This document shows positions 39,649-49,352 of a stretch of 49,849 nt of DNA, piece after piece; the first letter of the stretch is position 1; each line of letters opens with the position of its first letter. This DNA comes from Candidatus Pelagibacterales bacterium. GTDB lineage: Bacteria > Pseudomonadota > Alphaproteobacteria > Pelagibacterales > Pelagibacteraceae. The notes below the pieces were generated by a model, which saw only the letters and a program-made list of their open reading frames with translations, was not told the DNA's origin and searched no databases. The DNA lies in NCBI GenBank assembly GCA_004213155.1, contig SHAN01000001.1, positions 1 through 49,849 of the forward strand, read 5' to 3'. A program made the position numbers and the translations under genes.

Positions 39649-41185
39649 AATGTCTAGTTTTTGAAAATACTAAAATAGTATTTGTATCATTAGCAAACTT
39701 AATTATTTCCTTATCTCTAATAGACCCACTTGGTTGTATTATAGCTTTTACTCCAGATTGAACTAGTTTTTCTATTCCATCAGTAAAGGGAAAAAAAGCA
39801 TCAGATGCTGCAACTGAATTATATAACTCATTAGGAACAAATTGTTTAGCTTTGTTTATTGCAATATTACAACTATCTAATCTATTAGGCTGTCCAGAAC
39901 CTATTCCAATTGTAGATTTATTTTTTACTAAAACGATTGCATTTGATTTTACATATCTACAAACATTTAGTGCAAAAATAAGATTTTGAATTTGATATTT
40001 ATTTGGTTTAATTTTTGAAACAAATTTTAAATCTTTTTCAATTATTTTAAAGCTATCTATATTTTGAAGTAGAAATGAGTCTCTGTGGAAAACAGGATTA
40101 AAAATTGCTTTATATTTATAATTTGAAGAGTCAATTATTCTTAAATTTTTTTTATTTTTTAAGATCTTTAGAGCCCTTTTTTCAAAACCTTTAGCAATAA
40201 TTATTTCAAAAAAATTTTGATTAATTTTTTTTGCTAAATTAAAGTCTATTTTGTAATTGCAACAAACAATGCCACCAAATGCACTAATAGGGTCACAGTT
40301 AAATGCATGGCTAAAAGATATGATTGATTTTTTTTCAGAAGAAACTCCACATGGATTAGCATGTTTAACTATTACCGTTCCTAAATTTTTTTGAAATGTG
40401 CTTAATACTTCTAGTGATGAAAAGATGTCGTTATAATTATTATAACTTAATTTTTTTCCATGTAGTTGTTTTAATGAATTAAATTCTGAACCTTTATAAA
40501 AGGAAGCAATTTGATGGGGGTTTTCACCGTACCTTAATTTTTCGCTCAGTTTTCCATGAAATGTTTTTTTTTCAGGAAATGAAAGATTTGAACTGTGATT
40601 TAAAAAATTAGAAATTACAGAGTCATAATAAGCAATTTCATTAAAAGAATGTAAAGCTGATTTATATCGAAAGTTTATACTCGTAGATCCTTTATTTAAT
40701 TTTAATTCATTAATTAGATCTTCATACTGATTAGGTGAAGATATCACTGTTACACTATTAAAATTTTTGGCAGCTGCCCTAACCATTGTTGGACCACCTA
40801 TATCTATTTTTTCAATTATCTTTTTAAAATTTTTTGTTTCATTAATACTTTTTTCAAATGGATAAAAATTAACAATAACCAAGTCTATTTCTTCAAAATT
40901 ATTATTTTTGAGTTCTTTTATATGTTTTTTATTATTTCTAATACTTAGTAATCCGGCATGTATTTTTGGATGAAGTGTTTTAACTCTCCCGTCTAGCATT
41001 TCCTTAAAACCTGTATAATTTGATATTTCTTCACACTTAAAACCAAGTTTCTTTATTTCTTTGTAAGTCCCACCTGAACTTATTATTTTAATATTAAATT
41101 TTTTTAAATTTGTAAGAATTATTTTTAAGTTTGATTTATCTGATAAAGAAATAATTGCTTTTTTTATCTTTATTAATTTTTTCAT
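39638..41185 (-). CDS. purH: bifunctional AICAR formyltransferase / IMP cyclohydrolase
   Basis: It has MGS-like and AICARFT domains (VKTLHPKIHAG, GGPTM, QPSGS). I chose the Met at 41185, which overlaps the upstream stop as TAATG. The longest ORF starts at 41209. Confidence 0.93.
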   Translation of the reverse strand: MKKLIKIKKAIISLSDKSNLKIILTNLKKFNIKIISSGGTYKEIKKLGFKCEEISNYTGFKEMLDGRVKTLHPKIHAGLLSIRNNKKHIKELKNNNFEEIDLVIVNFYPFEKSINETKNFKKIIEKIDIGGPTMVRAAAKNFNSVTVISSPNQYEDLINELKLNKGSTSINFRYKSALHSFNEIAYYDSVISNFLNHSSNLSFPEKKTFHGKLSEKLRYGENPHQIASFYKGSEFNSLKQLHGKKLSYNNYNDIFSSLEVLSTFQKNLGTVIVKHANPCGVSSEKKSIISFSHAFNCDPISAFGGIVCCNYKIDFNLAKKINQNFFEIIIAKGFEKRALKILKNKKNLRIIDSSNYKYKAIFNPVFHRDSFLLQNIDSFKIIEKDLKFVSKIKPNKYQIQNLIFALNVCRYVKSNAIVLVKNKSTIGIGSGQPNRLDSCNIAINKAKQFVPNELYNSVAASDAFFPFTDGIEKLVQSGVKAIIQPSGSIRDKEIIKFANDTNTILVFSKTRHFKH

Positions 41186-42813
41186 TATGAAATTTTCTCT
41201 AATATCCAATTAATAGATAAATCTTTTTTTTCAGTAATACCAGAAATATAAATATTTTGATTTTCTATTATTTTATTCTTATTTCCTAAGTAAATTCCAT
41301 TTTCAATAATTATTTTATATTCACTGCATGAAAATTTCCATCCTTCTCCGTTGCTAGTACTTAATAGTACTGTATTGGAATTTTGTGTTTTAACCATTTT
41401 AGTATCAGGCATTACATGAAATCTAATACCAAAATTAACATTAGTAATATTTTTATTTCCAATTAGAGAGTCAGTTCCTAAAAAAACTTTATCTTTTTTT
41501 AAGAATTTAACCTTTCTTTCATGAAAATATCCATATTTATTTTCATAACCATTGTGTCTAGCAATTATCTCATCAAATTCTTTACTAGTATTAATTTTCT
41601 TAGAGATTACTTTTAATCCATTTTTAATAGATGTTCCATCAATGCTGCAGGATGAACAGTCATCCATATAAAGTGTAGATTGGGCAGCAGTTGATTTAGA
41701 TAATAGTGTTTTTAATTTACTATCATTTTTAAAATAAAATCCAGAGTTACAAATTAATTTTTCATTTCCCGAGGTTATTTCAAATGATAGACATCCTGCT
41801 TGATATTTTTCAGAAAATTTTTTTTGAACTGAATTACCGATATCAATTATGAAAGAAATTTTTTTATTTTTTATTATGTAGTATCCACCACATTCGTTTG
41901 CCTCATTTTTGAAAATATAACCTAAGTTATTTAAATAATTTTTAAATTCTTCATTATTTAAAGAAGAAGATCCATTGAATAAAGGTAGATGATTTAGGCT
42001 ATCATTTATAAATGCAAATGTAGAACCTAGGCTGTAAATAATTTCATCTAAGAATTCAGGTATTTGATTTTGAGATTCTTTTAACCATTCTCTTATAATA
42101 ATAAAATATTTTAAATTTTCGTTAATTTCTTGTGGATTTCTTGATTTTGGAAATCCATCATAATCAAAATTTATTTTTATAATCTTTTTTAAAATCTCAA
42201 ATCCAGTAATTTTTGATTTCTCATATTCTTTAAATATAAGTCCTATTAGAATTAATGCAGCACAACCAATAAGCTGTTTTTCATAATTTTTTTCTTTACT
42301 GATATTTTTAAATAAATGGTTAGCTTGTTTTATAATAGATAAGTTAAATTTATTTTTATAACTCAAATTAGAAACTTCAAGTGTTAGATTAGTATTTGAT
42401 AACCAAGAAATTATTCTTTTACTTAAAATATCTAATTTCCATGTTTGTTGATTAAAAATATCATTATTTTCAATCCAATTTTCAATTATATTGTGTGTAG
42501 CAATTTTAGAAGTTTTTATATCAAGAGTATTTATCCATAAAAAGTTGTGCAAGGTTTCAAATTCAGAAAAATTTTTTGAATTTACATCCCAAATAGAATT
42601 CAAGGATAATTTTTCAATTTTTATTTTCTTTTTTTTTAGAGAAATTAGACTATTAATTATATGCGGACTAGGTTTATAAACATATCTAGCTGGTATTTTT
42701 CTAGAGATTTTTTTATTATAATAATTTGTTTTAAAATATGAATATTTTAGATTATTTATTAATGAATTAAAAAAAGAGTAAAAGTATTTTCTTATACTTT
42801 TTATTTTAAACAT
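41185..42813 (-). CDS. heparinase II/III-like family protein (function unknown)
   Basis: YQAGCLSFEITSGNEKLICNSG resembles the HAG.LSFE....L..N.G core of the family. It occupies the rpe-X-purH position seen in other alphaproteobacteria. Confidence 0.6.
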   Translation of the reverse strand: MFKIKSIRKYFYSFFNSLINNLKYSYFKTNYYNKKISRKIPARYVYKPSPHIINSLISLKKKKIKIEKLSLNSIWDVNSKNFSEFETLHNFLWINTLDIKTSKIATHNIIENWIENNDIFNQQTWKLDILSKRIISWLSNTNLTLEVSNLSYKNKFNLSIIKQANHLFKNISKEKNYEKQLIGCAALILIGLIFKEYEKSKITGFEILKKIIKINFDYDGFPKSRNPQEINENLKYFIIIREWLKESQNQIPEFLDEIIYSLGSTFAFINDSLNHLPLFNGSSSLNNEEFKNYLNNLGYIFKNEANECGGYYIIKNKKISFIIDIGNSVQKKFSEKYQAGCLSFEITSGNEKLICNSGFYFKNDSKLKTLLSKSTAAQSTLYMDDCSSCSIDGTSIKNGLKVISKKINTSKEFDEIIARHNGYENKYGYFHERKVKFLKKDKVFLGTDSLIGNKNITNVNFGIRFHVMPDTKMVKTQNSNTVLLSTSNGEGWKFSCSEYKIIIENGIYLGNKNKIIENQNIYISGITEKKDLSINWILEKIS

Positions 42814-42816
42814 TAT

Positions 42817-43476
42817 TTAATTGCTTTTCAAAATTTCTATATTTTTTTTAATATTTCCTTTATTACTTTTAAATATAGTCGTTCCAGATACTAGAATATC
42901 TGCACCAGACTGTATAATTGATTTAGAATTTTCAAAATTAATACCTCCGTCTACTTCAATTTCTATTTTGAGGTTTAACTCATTTAATTTAGCTTTTAAT
43001 TTTTTAATTTTATCAATAGTTTCTTGTATAAATTTTTGTCCACCAAAACCAGGGTTCACACTCATTATTAAAACTAAGTCTACTTGAGATATAACAGGGT
43101 ACAATTCATCAAGAGACGTTTCTGGATTTAATGAAACTCCAACTTTTTTATTTAATGATTTAATTAATTTAATACTTTCTAATAAATTATCAGTAGCTTC
43201 TGGATGTATAGTAATTATATCAGCTCCAGCATCAGCATAATCTTTAATATATTTATGAACTGGAGAAATCATTAAGTGAACGTCAAATGGAATTTTTGTA
43301 AATTTTCTTAAACTTTTTATAATAGGTGGTCCAATAGTTAGGTTTGGTACAAAATGTCCATCCATCACGTCTACATGTATTAAGTCTGCTCCTGCAGCCT
43401 CTAATTTTTTAATTTCAGCACCAAGTTGACTAAAATCTGCTGAAAGAATTGAAGGAGATATTTTAATTTTTTGCAT
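42817..43476 (-). CDS. rpe: ribulose-phosphate 3-epimerase
   Basis: It has ISPSILSADF, HVDVMDGHFVPN and VNPGFGGQ motifs. Confidence 0.95.
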   Translation of the reverse strand: MQKIKISPSILSADFSQLGAEIKKLEAAGADLIHVDVMDGHFVPNLTIGPPIIKSLRKFTKIPFDVHLMISPVHKYIKDYADAGADIITIHPEATDNLLESIKLIKSLNKKVGVSLNPETSLDELYPVISQVDLVLIMSVNPGFGGQKFIQETIDKIKKLKAKLNELNLKIEIEVDGGINFENSKSIIQSGADILVSGTTIFKSNKGNIKKNIEILKSN

Positions 43477-43522
43477 TTCTAGTTAGGTATTTACTAGTAC
43501 CAACTTTTAAAAAAAAAATAAA

Positions 43523-43873
43523 TTAGTTTTTACTAAAAATTCGATAAATTTCTCTTGCAATTTCACTTTCCAAAGGAAAAGAGAGCATTCCCATCACAGA
43601 ATACCCCAATAGATAGGGCATAAGATAAAATCTGAACATATAAAAAAACCATGCCACATATAGAGGAACTAAAGGTTTTATAATAAATGAAGGTGTTAAA
43701 ATTCTGAATATATTAATAATTGGATCTGTTAACTTTACAAAAACTCTCATAAAAAAAAAATTAGAGTCTTCTTTCTGAAAGATATTCATTGCCACTCTTC
43801 CAATTAGAGTCCACATAATCATACCCATTATATAATCTATTAAATATACTAATGGATGAAAGTTTGAAGACAT
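43523..43873 (-). CDS. YggT-like membrane protein
   Basis: It is 116 aa. It shows the pattern LIGRVAMNIF ... LTDPIINIFRILTP, similar to the YggT family. Confidence 0.45.
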   Translation of the reverse strand: MSSNFHPLVYLIDYIMGMIMWTLIGRVAMNIFQKEDSNFFFMRVFVKLTDPIINIFRILTPSFIIKPLVPLYVAWFFYMFRFYLMPYLLGYSVMGMLSFPLESEIAREIYRIFSKN

Positions 43874-43897
43874 AAGAAATTTTAAGATTTAATAATT

Positions 43898-43921
43898 AAA
43901 AGGGGCGAAATATATCGCCCC
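43898..43921 (-). terminator. intrinsic terminator downstream of the symporter gene
   Basis: A 7-bp stem GGGGCGA/TCGCCCC (43902-43908 / 43915-43921) is followed by a 4-nt T-tract (TTTTAATT) on the minus strand. The stem ends 17 nt after the symporter stop codon. Confidence 0.65.
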
Positions 43922-43937
43922 TTAAAATTATAATTAT

Positions 43938-45752
43938 TTAGTGTTGTTTACCAAGTACTGTTTTACCACTAGGTACACGCACTTCGTCAACCATTTTTTG
44001 TGTAGCAGCATCTGGTTCTGCAGTCATTAGACTTACAACAACCATAGATACTAAGCTAACTAATGATCCAACTATTCCGAATGTAAGTTGAGTTACACCC
44101 CAGAATCCTGCTCCACCAGTTCGTACCCATATTAGATACGCTGTACCAGAAGCTAATCCTAGAAGCATTCCTGCAACTGCACCAGGTCCATTTGCTCTCT
44201 TCCACCATACACCTAGTACAAGTGGGAAGAACAATCCTGACATCGCAAAGTCAAAAGCCCAGATAACCGAACCTAAGATACCTTGTATTTCAAGTGCAGC
44301 AATAGTTGCTCCAGCAAAACCAATTATTACAAGTAATACCCTTGCAACAATTAATCTTTTTGCAGTTTCTGCTTTAGGGTCAATGATCTTGTAGTACAAG
44401 TCATGAGATAAAGCATTTGCAATTGCTAAAACTAAACCATCAGCTGTTGACATGGCAGCAGCCATACCTCCAGCGGCAACCAGACCAGAGATTACATAAG
44501 GTAATCCTGCAATTTCCGGTGTAGCTAATACAACGGCTTTACCACCCATGAAAAACTCATTTAATTCAAGAGTTCCATTTCCGTTAAAGTCGCTTACAAA
44601 CATTAAGTTAGCTTGGTTCCAGTTTTGGTACCAGTCTATTGCTTGAACATCAGCTATTGATTTACCAATAATTCCAGTTGGAAGTGTTGGATCCATCAAT
44701 GATAGTTTTGATAATGTAGCTAACATTGGCGCAGAAGAGTAAAGTAGGAATATAAAGAATAATGACCAACCTACTGATCTTCTAGCTGCTTTTACACTTG
44801 GAGTAGTAAAATATCTCATCATAACGTGAGGTAATGAAGCTGTTCCAGCCATCATACATATCGCTAATGAAATAAATGCCCAAGGTGTTGCGTTAACTGC
44901 AGAGTGTGCTTTAGTTATTCCAGCTAAGCCTTTTGGTACTGTAGCTAAATCAGCTGCAGAGTTTTTAGTAAAACCAAATTGACCTTCTAACTCAGCAATT
45001 CTAGCAACCTCGTCTGCCAACATTAAGTGTGGGAAGACACCAGCGCCCATTTTATTACTGATCCAGAATACAGGAAGCAAGTAAGCTATAATTAATACAA
45101 TATATTGAGCAACCTGAGTCCAAGTAACAGCTCTCATTCCACCAAGCATTGAACATAGCAATATACTTGCTAATCCAACGTATACTGCAATTCCAAAAGG
45201 AATATCTAATGCAACAGAAGCGATTGTTCCTGTGGCATTGATCTGTGCCGTAACATAAGTGAATGATGCTACTGTTAAAACTAATACTGCAGATAATCTT
45301 GCTGCGTTACCACCATATCTAGTACCTACGAAATCTGGAACTGTGTAACATCCAAATTTTCTTAAGTAAGGTGCTAGCAGTGATGCTACAAGTACATATC
45401 CACCAGTCCATCCAACTAGAAGCGCCATATAACCGTAGCCCTTGAAGTAAATACCACCTGCCATTGCAACGAATGAAGCACCAGACATCCAGTCTGCTGC
45501 TGTAGCCATTCCGTTAAATACAGTTGGAACTTGTCTTCCTGCCACATAATATGCATCTACTTGTAGTGTACGCGATAGATAACCAATTATTGCATAAATT
45601 GAAACAGTAAATGCAACAAAACAAATACCAATTGTTTTTGCTGTCATTCCTGCTTGTTCTGCAATTGCCATCAAGATTATGAATACAAGGAAACCTCCTG
45701 TATATATTCCATAAACTTTTGGCAAATTGTCTATAAATTTACCTTTAATCAT
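43938..45752 (-). CDS. sodium:solute symporter family permease (ActP-like, DUF4212-associated)
   Basis: It is 604 aa with about 13-14 TM segments and an SSF-like pattern. It is translationally coupled to the DUF4212 gene (1-nt overlap) and is near acs. Confidence 0.8.
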   Translation of the reverse strand: MIKGKFIDNLPKVYGIYTGGFLVFIILMAIAEQAGMTAKTIGICFVAFTVSIYAIIGYLSRTLQVDAYYVAGRQVPTVFNGMATAADWMSGASFVAMAGGIYFKGYGYMALLVGWTGGYVLVASLLAPYLRKFGCYTVPDFVGTRYGGNAARLSAVLVLTVASFTYVTAQINATGTIASVALDIPFGIAVYVGLASILLCSMLGGMRAVTWTQVAQYIVLIIAYLLPVFWISNKMGAGVFPHLMLADEVARIAELEGQFGFTKNSAADLATVPKGLAGITKAHSAVNATPWAFISLAICMMAGTASLPHVMMRYFTTPSVKAARRSVGWSLFFIFLLYSSAPMLATLSKLSLMDPTLPTGIIGKSIADVQAIDWYQNWNQANLMFVSDFNGNGTLELNEFFMGGKAVVLATPEIAGLPYVISGLVAAGGMAAAMSTADGLVLAIANALSHDLYYKIIDPKAETAKRLIVARVLLVIIGFAGATIAALEIQGILGSVIWAFDFAMSGLFFPLVLGVWWKRANGPGAVAGMLLGLASGTAYLIWVRTGGAGFWGVTQLTFGIVGSLVSLVSMVVVSLMTAEPDAATQKMVDEVRVPSGKTVLGKQH

Positions 45753-46015
45753 TAGCTATCCTCTCTTTCACTAAAGCCAAATTCTTCGTCTATCTTTTCT
45801 TGTCTTCCTGCAAACCAAAAAATTAGTATTACGAAAATTCCAAGTGACCCTTGACATGTCATGTAATATGACAATGGATATCCAAGAGGTCTAAAGCTAG
45901 ACGCTTCCATTTCAGCCCCGAAAAAAAAGATGCCAATTGAGAATACAAACCAAATTGCTAATGTTATCCAAAGCAAATTTCTGGTTTTTTCCCAGTGTTG
46001 TTTTTGTTTTGACAT
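45752..46015 (-). CDS. DUF4212 small membrane protein (symporter accessory subunit)
   Basis: It is 87 aa with two TM segments. It lies immediately upstream of and overlaps the SSF permease, which is the typical arrangement. Confidence 0.65.
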   Translation of the reverse strand: MSKQKQHWEKTRNLLWITLAIWFVFSIGIFFFGAEMEASSFRPLGYPLSYYMTCQGSLGIFVILIFWFAGRQEKIDEEFGFSEREDS

Positions 46016-46166
46016 TTGTTTCTCTCCCTATAGGTTTAAAACGAGTACCTTACTTAAATTAAAATTAATTAATACCCCTAAAAAAGCCTGTTTTTAGGCA
46101 CTTAAAAGTAGTGACACAACTCATGAGATATATATATTTATATTTTACAACTAATAATATGTATTT

Positions 46167-46793
46167 ATGGTCTTAAAATATAAATTTAGATTAAAAGATG
46201 TAAAGCTTGAAGATTTTAAAGTTTATTTATTAGCTTTATTTAAAAGCATTTTACCCAAAAAAAAAATTAAAAATATTGAAGATTTAAAATCTTTTATACA
46301 AAAAAAATCAGCTTGGGTTTCACAAGTAACTTTATATAATTATTTAAAAACGAGAATGGGTACAAAATGGGTTTTACATTTTGATGATGAAAAATTTTTG
46401 GCATCAATCAATAAAGCTAAATGGAATATTTATTGTATAGCACTTCAAGACCTTACTTTTTATAGTTTATCATTTTTAAAAGTTTTTTATAATTTTAAAG
46501 AAACAGAAAAAGCAGCAGAGATATATGAAGAAATTTTGAATAATGAAATTCAAAATGGAATGCCAGATGATATTATAGCTAAAGGAAAAGAAAAATTTAA
46601 TGAAAGATTACAAAATATAGATTGGGAAAAATATTATAATTCTTGGCCATTTAATGAAAGTGCCTTAGCTTTATATGAGTGGGCTCCAATAGCTGATGAA
46701 TTAAAAAAATTAGATAGAAAAATAGTTTTAAATTCTATGATATTAAAATGGGATAATATAAAAGATGAGTTTACTAAATTAATTAAAATTTAA
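46167..46793 (+). CDS. hypothetical protein
   Basis: It is a 208-aa ORF that looks soluble, helical and Trp-rich. I recognise no motif. Confidence 0.5.
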   Translation: MVLKYKFRLKDVKLEDFKVYLLALFKSILPKKKIKNIEDLKSFIQKKSAWVSQVTLYNYLKTRMGTKWVLHFDDEKFLASINKAKWNIYCIALQDLTFYSLSFLKVFYNFKETEKAAEIYEEILNNEIQNGMPDDIIAKGKEKFNERLQNIDWEKYYNSWPFNESALALYEWAPIADELKKLDRKIVLNSMILKWDNIKDEFTKLIKI

Positions 46794-48829
46794 ATATTCT
46801 TTCGATTATCAACCAAACTTTGAACAACGCTTGGATCTGCCAAAGTAGTTGTGTCACCTAACTGCTCGTGTTCATTAGCAGCAATTTTTCTTAATATTCT
46901 TCTCATGATTTTTCCAGATCTAGTTTTTGGTAGTCCTGGTGAAAAATGAATTATGTCAGGTGTTGCAAGTGCACCGATTTGTTTTCTAACCCAAAGTTTT
47001 AGCTCTCTTTCAAGATCTCCATCTTGTTTTTCTCCGACATTAAGAGTTACATAGCAATATAAGCCATTTCCTTTTATGTCATGAGGGTAACCAACTACTG
47101 CTGCTTCAGCAACTTTAGGGTGTGCAACAAATGCACTTTCAATTTCTGCTGTACCTAAATTGTGTCCAGAAACAATTATCACATCATCAACTCTACCTGT
47201 TATCCAATAATATCCATCTTTATCTCTTTTGGCTCCATCCCCAGTAAAATATTTACCATCAAATTGTGAAAAATAAGTATCTATAAATCTTTGGTGGTCT
47301 CCATAAACTGTTCTCATTTGTCCTGGCCATGATTGAGATATACATAATCTCCCTTCTCCAGCTCCTTTAATTTCTTTACCATTTTTATCTACAATAGAGG
47401 GCTTAATTCCATAAAAAGGTTTTGTTGCAGATCCAGGTTTAAGGTTTATAGCTCCTGTTTGTGGACTTATTAGTATGCCGCCAGTCTCGGTTTGCCACCA
47501 AGTATCAACGATTGGACACTTAGAGTTTCCAACAGTTTTATAATACCACATCCAAGCTTCAGGATTAATTGGTTCTCCTACTGTTCCAAGTAATTTTAAC
47601 GATTTTCTTGAAGTTTTTTTAACTGGCTTATCTCCTTCTCTCATTAAGGCTCTAATAGCGGTTGGCGCAGTATAAAATATATTTACTTTATATTTATCAA
47701 TTATCTCCCACCATCTAGAACTATCTGGATAATTTGGAACACCCTCAAACATAATTGTAGTTGCTCCATTTGCAAGAGGACCATAAATAACGTAGCTATG
47801 ACCTGTTACCCATCCTATATCTGCTGAGCAAAAATAAATATCCTTGGGTTTATAATTAAAAATATATTGATGAGTATATGATGCATATACTATATATCCA
47901 CCAGAGGTATGTAGAACCCCTTTGGGTTTTCCTGTGGATCCAGATGTATATAGAATAAATAGAGGGTCTTCAGCGTTCATTTCTTCAGGATCACACTTTG
48001 AAGATATATCTTTTATTAAATCATCATACCAAATATCTCTTTGATTATCCCAACTTATGTAATTCCCAGTTCTTTTCACCACAATACATTTTTTTACATT
48101 AGGACAATTTAATAAAGCTTCATCAACAGTTTCTTTTAAAGGAATAATTTTTCCTCCCCTAATTCCTTCGTCTGCAGTAATAATATACTCAGATTTACAA
48201 TCATTAACTCTTCCAGAAATTGATTCAGCAGAGAAACCACCAAAAATAATAGAATGAATTGCCCCAATTCTTGCACAGGCCAACATTGTAATTGCTAGCT
48301 CTGGGATCATTGTTAAATAAATTGTAACTCTATCACCTTTTTTAATTCCAAGTTTTTTGAATCCGTTTGCAGTTTTCGAGACTTCTTTATGTAGTTGTTT
48401 ATAAGTAATTTTTCTTGAGTCTTTAGGGTCATCTCCTACCCAAATAATAGCAGTTTTATTTTTTTTATCTTTAAGATGACGGTCTAAACAATTTTGTGAA
48501 ACATTTAGCGTACCATCTTCATACCATTTAATTCGAACATCTTTTTTACTATATTTAACATTTTTAATTTTTGTATAAGGTTTTATCCAACTAATTCTTT
48601 TTCCTTCTTTTTTCCAAAATTCATTATTATTTTTTATAGATTCTGTATATTTTTTTTGATATTTACTCTTATTAACTAATGCATTCCTTATCCATTCTGG
48701 TTTAGTTTTAAAAATTAGTTCTTTTTCTAAATTTTTGTCTTTAGAATTGATTTTTTTATGTTTTATTCTTTTTGAGATTTTTTTTTTGTTTTTATATCTC
48801 TTAGATTTTTTTTTTCTTTTTTTTAACAT
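46790..48829 (-). CDS. acs: acetyl-CoA synthetase (with Lys-rich N-terminal extension)
   Basis: It has [19 protein letters not shown] and the C-terminal [11 protein letters not shown] motif. The only canonical start in frame is the ATG at 48829. Confidence 0.95.
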   Translation of the reverse strand: MLKKRKKKSKRYKNKKKISKRIKHKKINSKDKNLEKELIFKTKPEWIRNALVNKSKYQKKYTESIKNNNEFWKKEGKRISWIKPYTKIKNVKYSKKDVRIKWYEDGTLNVSQNCLDRHLKDKKNKTAIIWVGDDPKDSRKITYKQLHKEVSKTANGFKKLGIKKGDRVTIYLTMIPELAITMLACARIGAIHSIIFGGFSAESISGRVNDCKSEYIITADEGIRGGKIIPLKETVDEALLNCPNVKKCIVVKRTGNYISWDNQRDIWYDDLIKDISSKCDPEEMNAEDPLFILYTSGSTGKPKGVLHTSGGYIVYASYTHQYIFNYKPKDIYFCSADIGWVTGHSYVIYGPLANGATTIMFEGVPNYPDSSRWWEIIDKYKVNIFYTAPTAIRALMREGDKPVKKTSRKSLKLLGTVGEPINPEAWMWYYKTVGNSKCPIVDTWWQTETGGILISPQTGAINLKPGSATKPFYGIKPSIVDKNGKEIKGAGEGRLCISQSWPGQMRTVYGDHQRFIDTYFSQFDGKYFTGDGAKRDKDGYYWITGRVDDVIIVSGHNLGTAEIESAFVAHPKVAEAAVVGYPHDIKGNGLYCYVTLNVGEKQDGDLERELKLWVRKQIGALATPDIIHFSPGLPKTRSGKIMRRILRKIAANEHEQLGDTTTLADPSVVQSLVDNRKNI

Positions 48830-48841
48830 GAAATTTTTTAT

Positions 48842-49255
48842 CTAAATATTACCCATCTTATTCATAATTTTCCAGCTTTTAGAATCTATAGGCATAACAG
48901 ATAATCTACTTTGTTTGATGAGAGATAGGTGGCTTAGATCCTTATTTTCCTTAATTTTTTTTAAAGTTATACTGTTTTTTAGTTTTTTTTTAAACTTAAC
49001 TTGGACAGCTACAAACCTTTTTTTTTTATCAGTTGGATCTAAAAATGCATTTTTAATGACTTCTACGATTCCAACAATTTCTTTTCCAATATTAGAGTGA
49101 TAAAAAAAACAAAGATCACCCTTTTTCATATTTTTTAAATTTTTTGCTGCTTGATAATTTCTTACACCATCCCATGTAGCACCTTTTGTTCCAGCTTTTT
49201 TTTGCTGATCTATAGACCATACATCAGGTTCTGATTTCATTAACCAGTACTTCAT
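48842..49255 (-). CDS. EVE (PUA-like) domain protein
   Basis: It has MKYWLMKSEPDVWSI ... WDGVRNYQA ... FFYHS motifs and is 137 aa. Confidence 0.8.
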   Translation of the reverse strand: MKYWLMKSEPDVWSIDQQKKAGTKGATWDGVRNYQAAKNLKNMKKGDLCFFYHSNIGKEIVGIVEVIKNAFLDPTDKKKRFVAVQVKFKKKLKNSITLKKIKENKDLSHLSLIKQSRLSVMPIDSKSWKIMNKMGNI

Positions 49256-49352
49256 CTAATTGTTTCTCCAATGTTTACGCCATTTTTGAATCATCGGTGT
49301 TTCATTTTCCTTGGTTTTTTTCTAACTCGTACTATGCAAAGCACTATACATT

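Noticed and set aside
46086-46099. A small hairpin (GCCT-N6-AGGC followed by a T-run on the minus strand) in the DUF4212 leader, considered as a riboswitch or attenuator.
   Set aside because: A 4-bp stem is too weak. I see no resemblance to a known riboswitch class.
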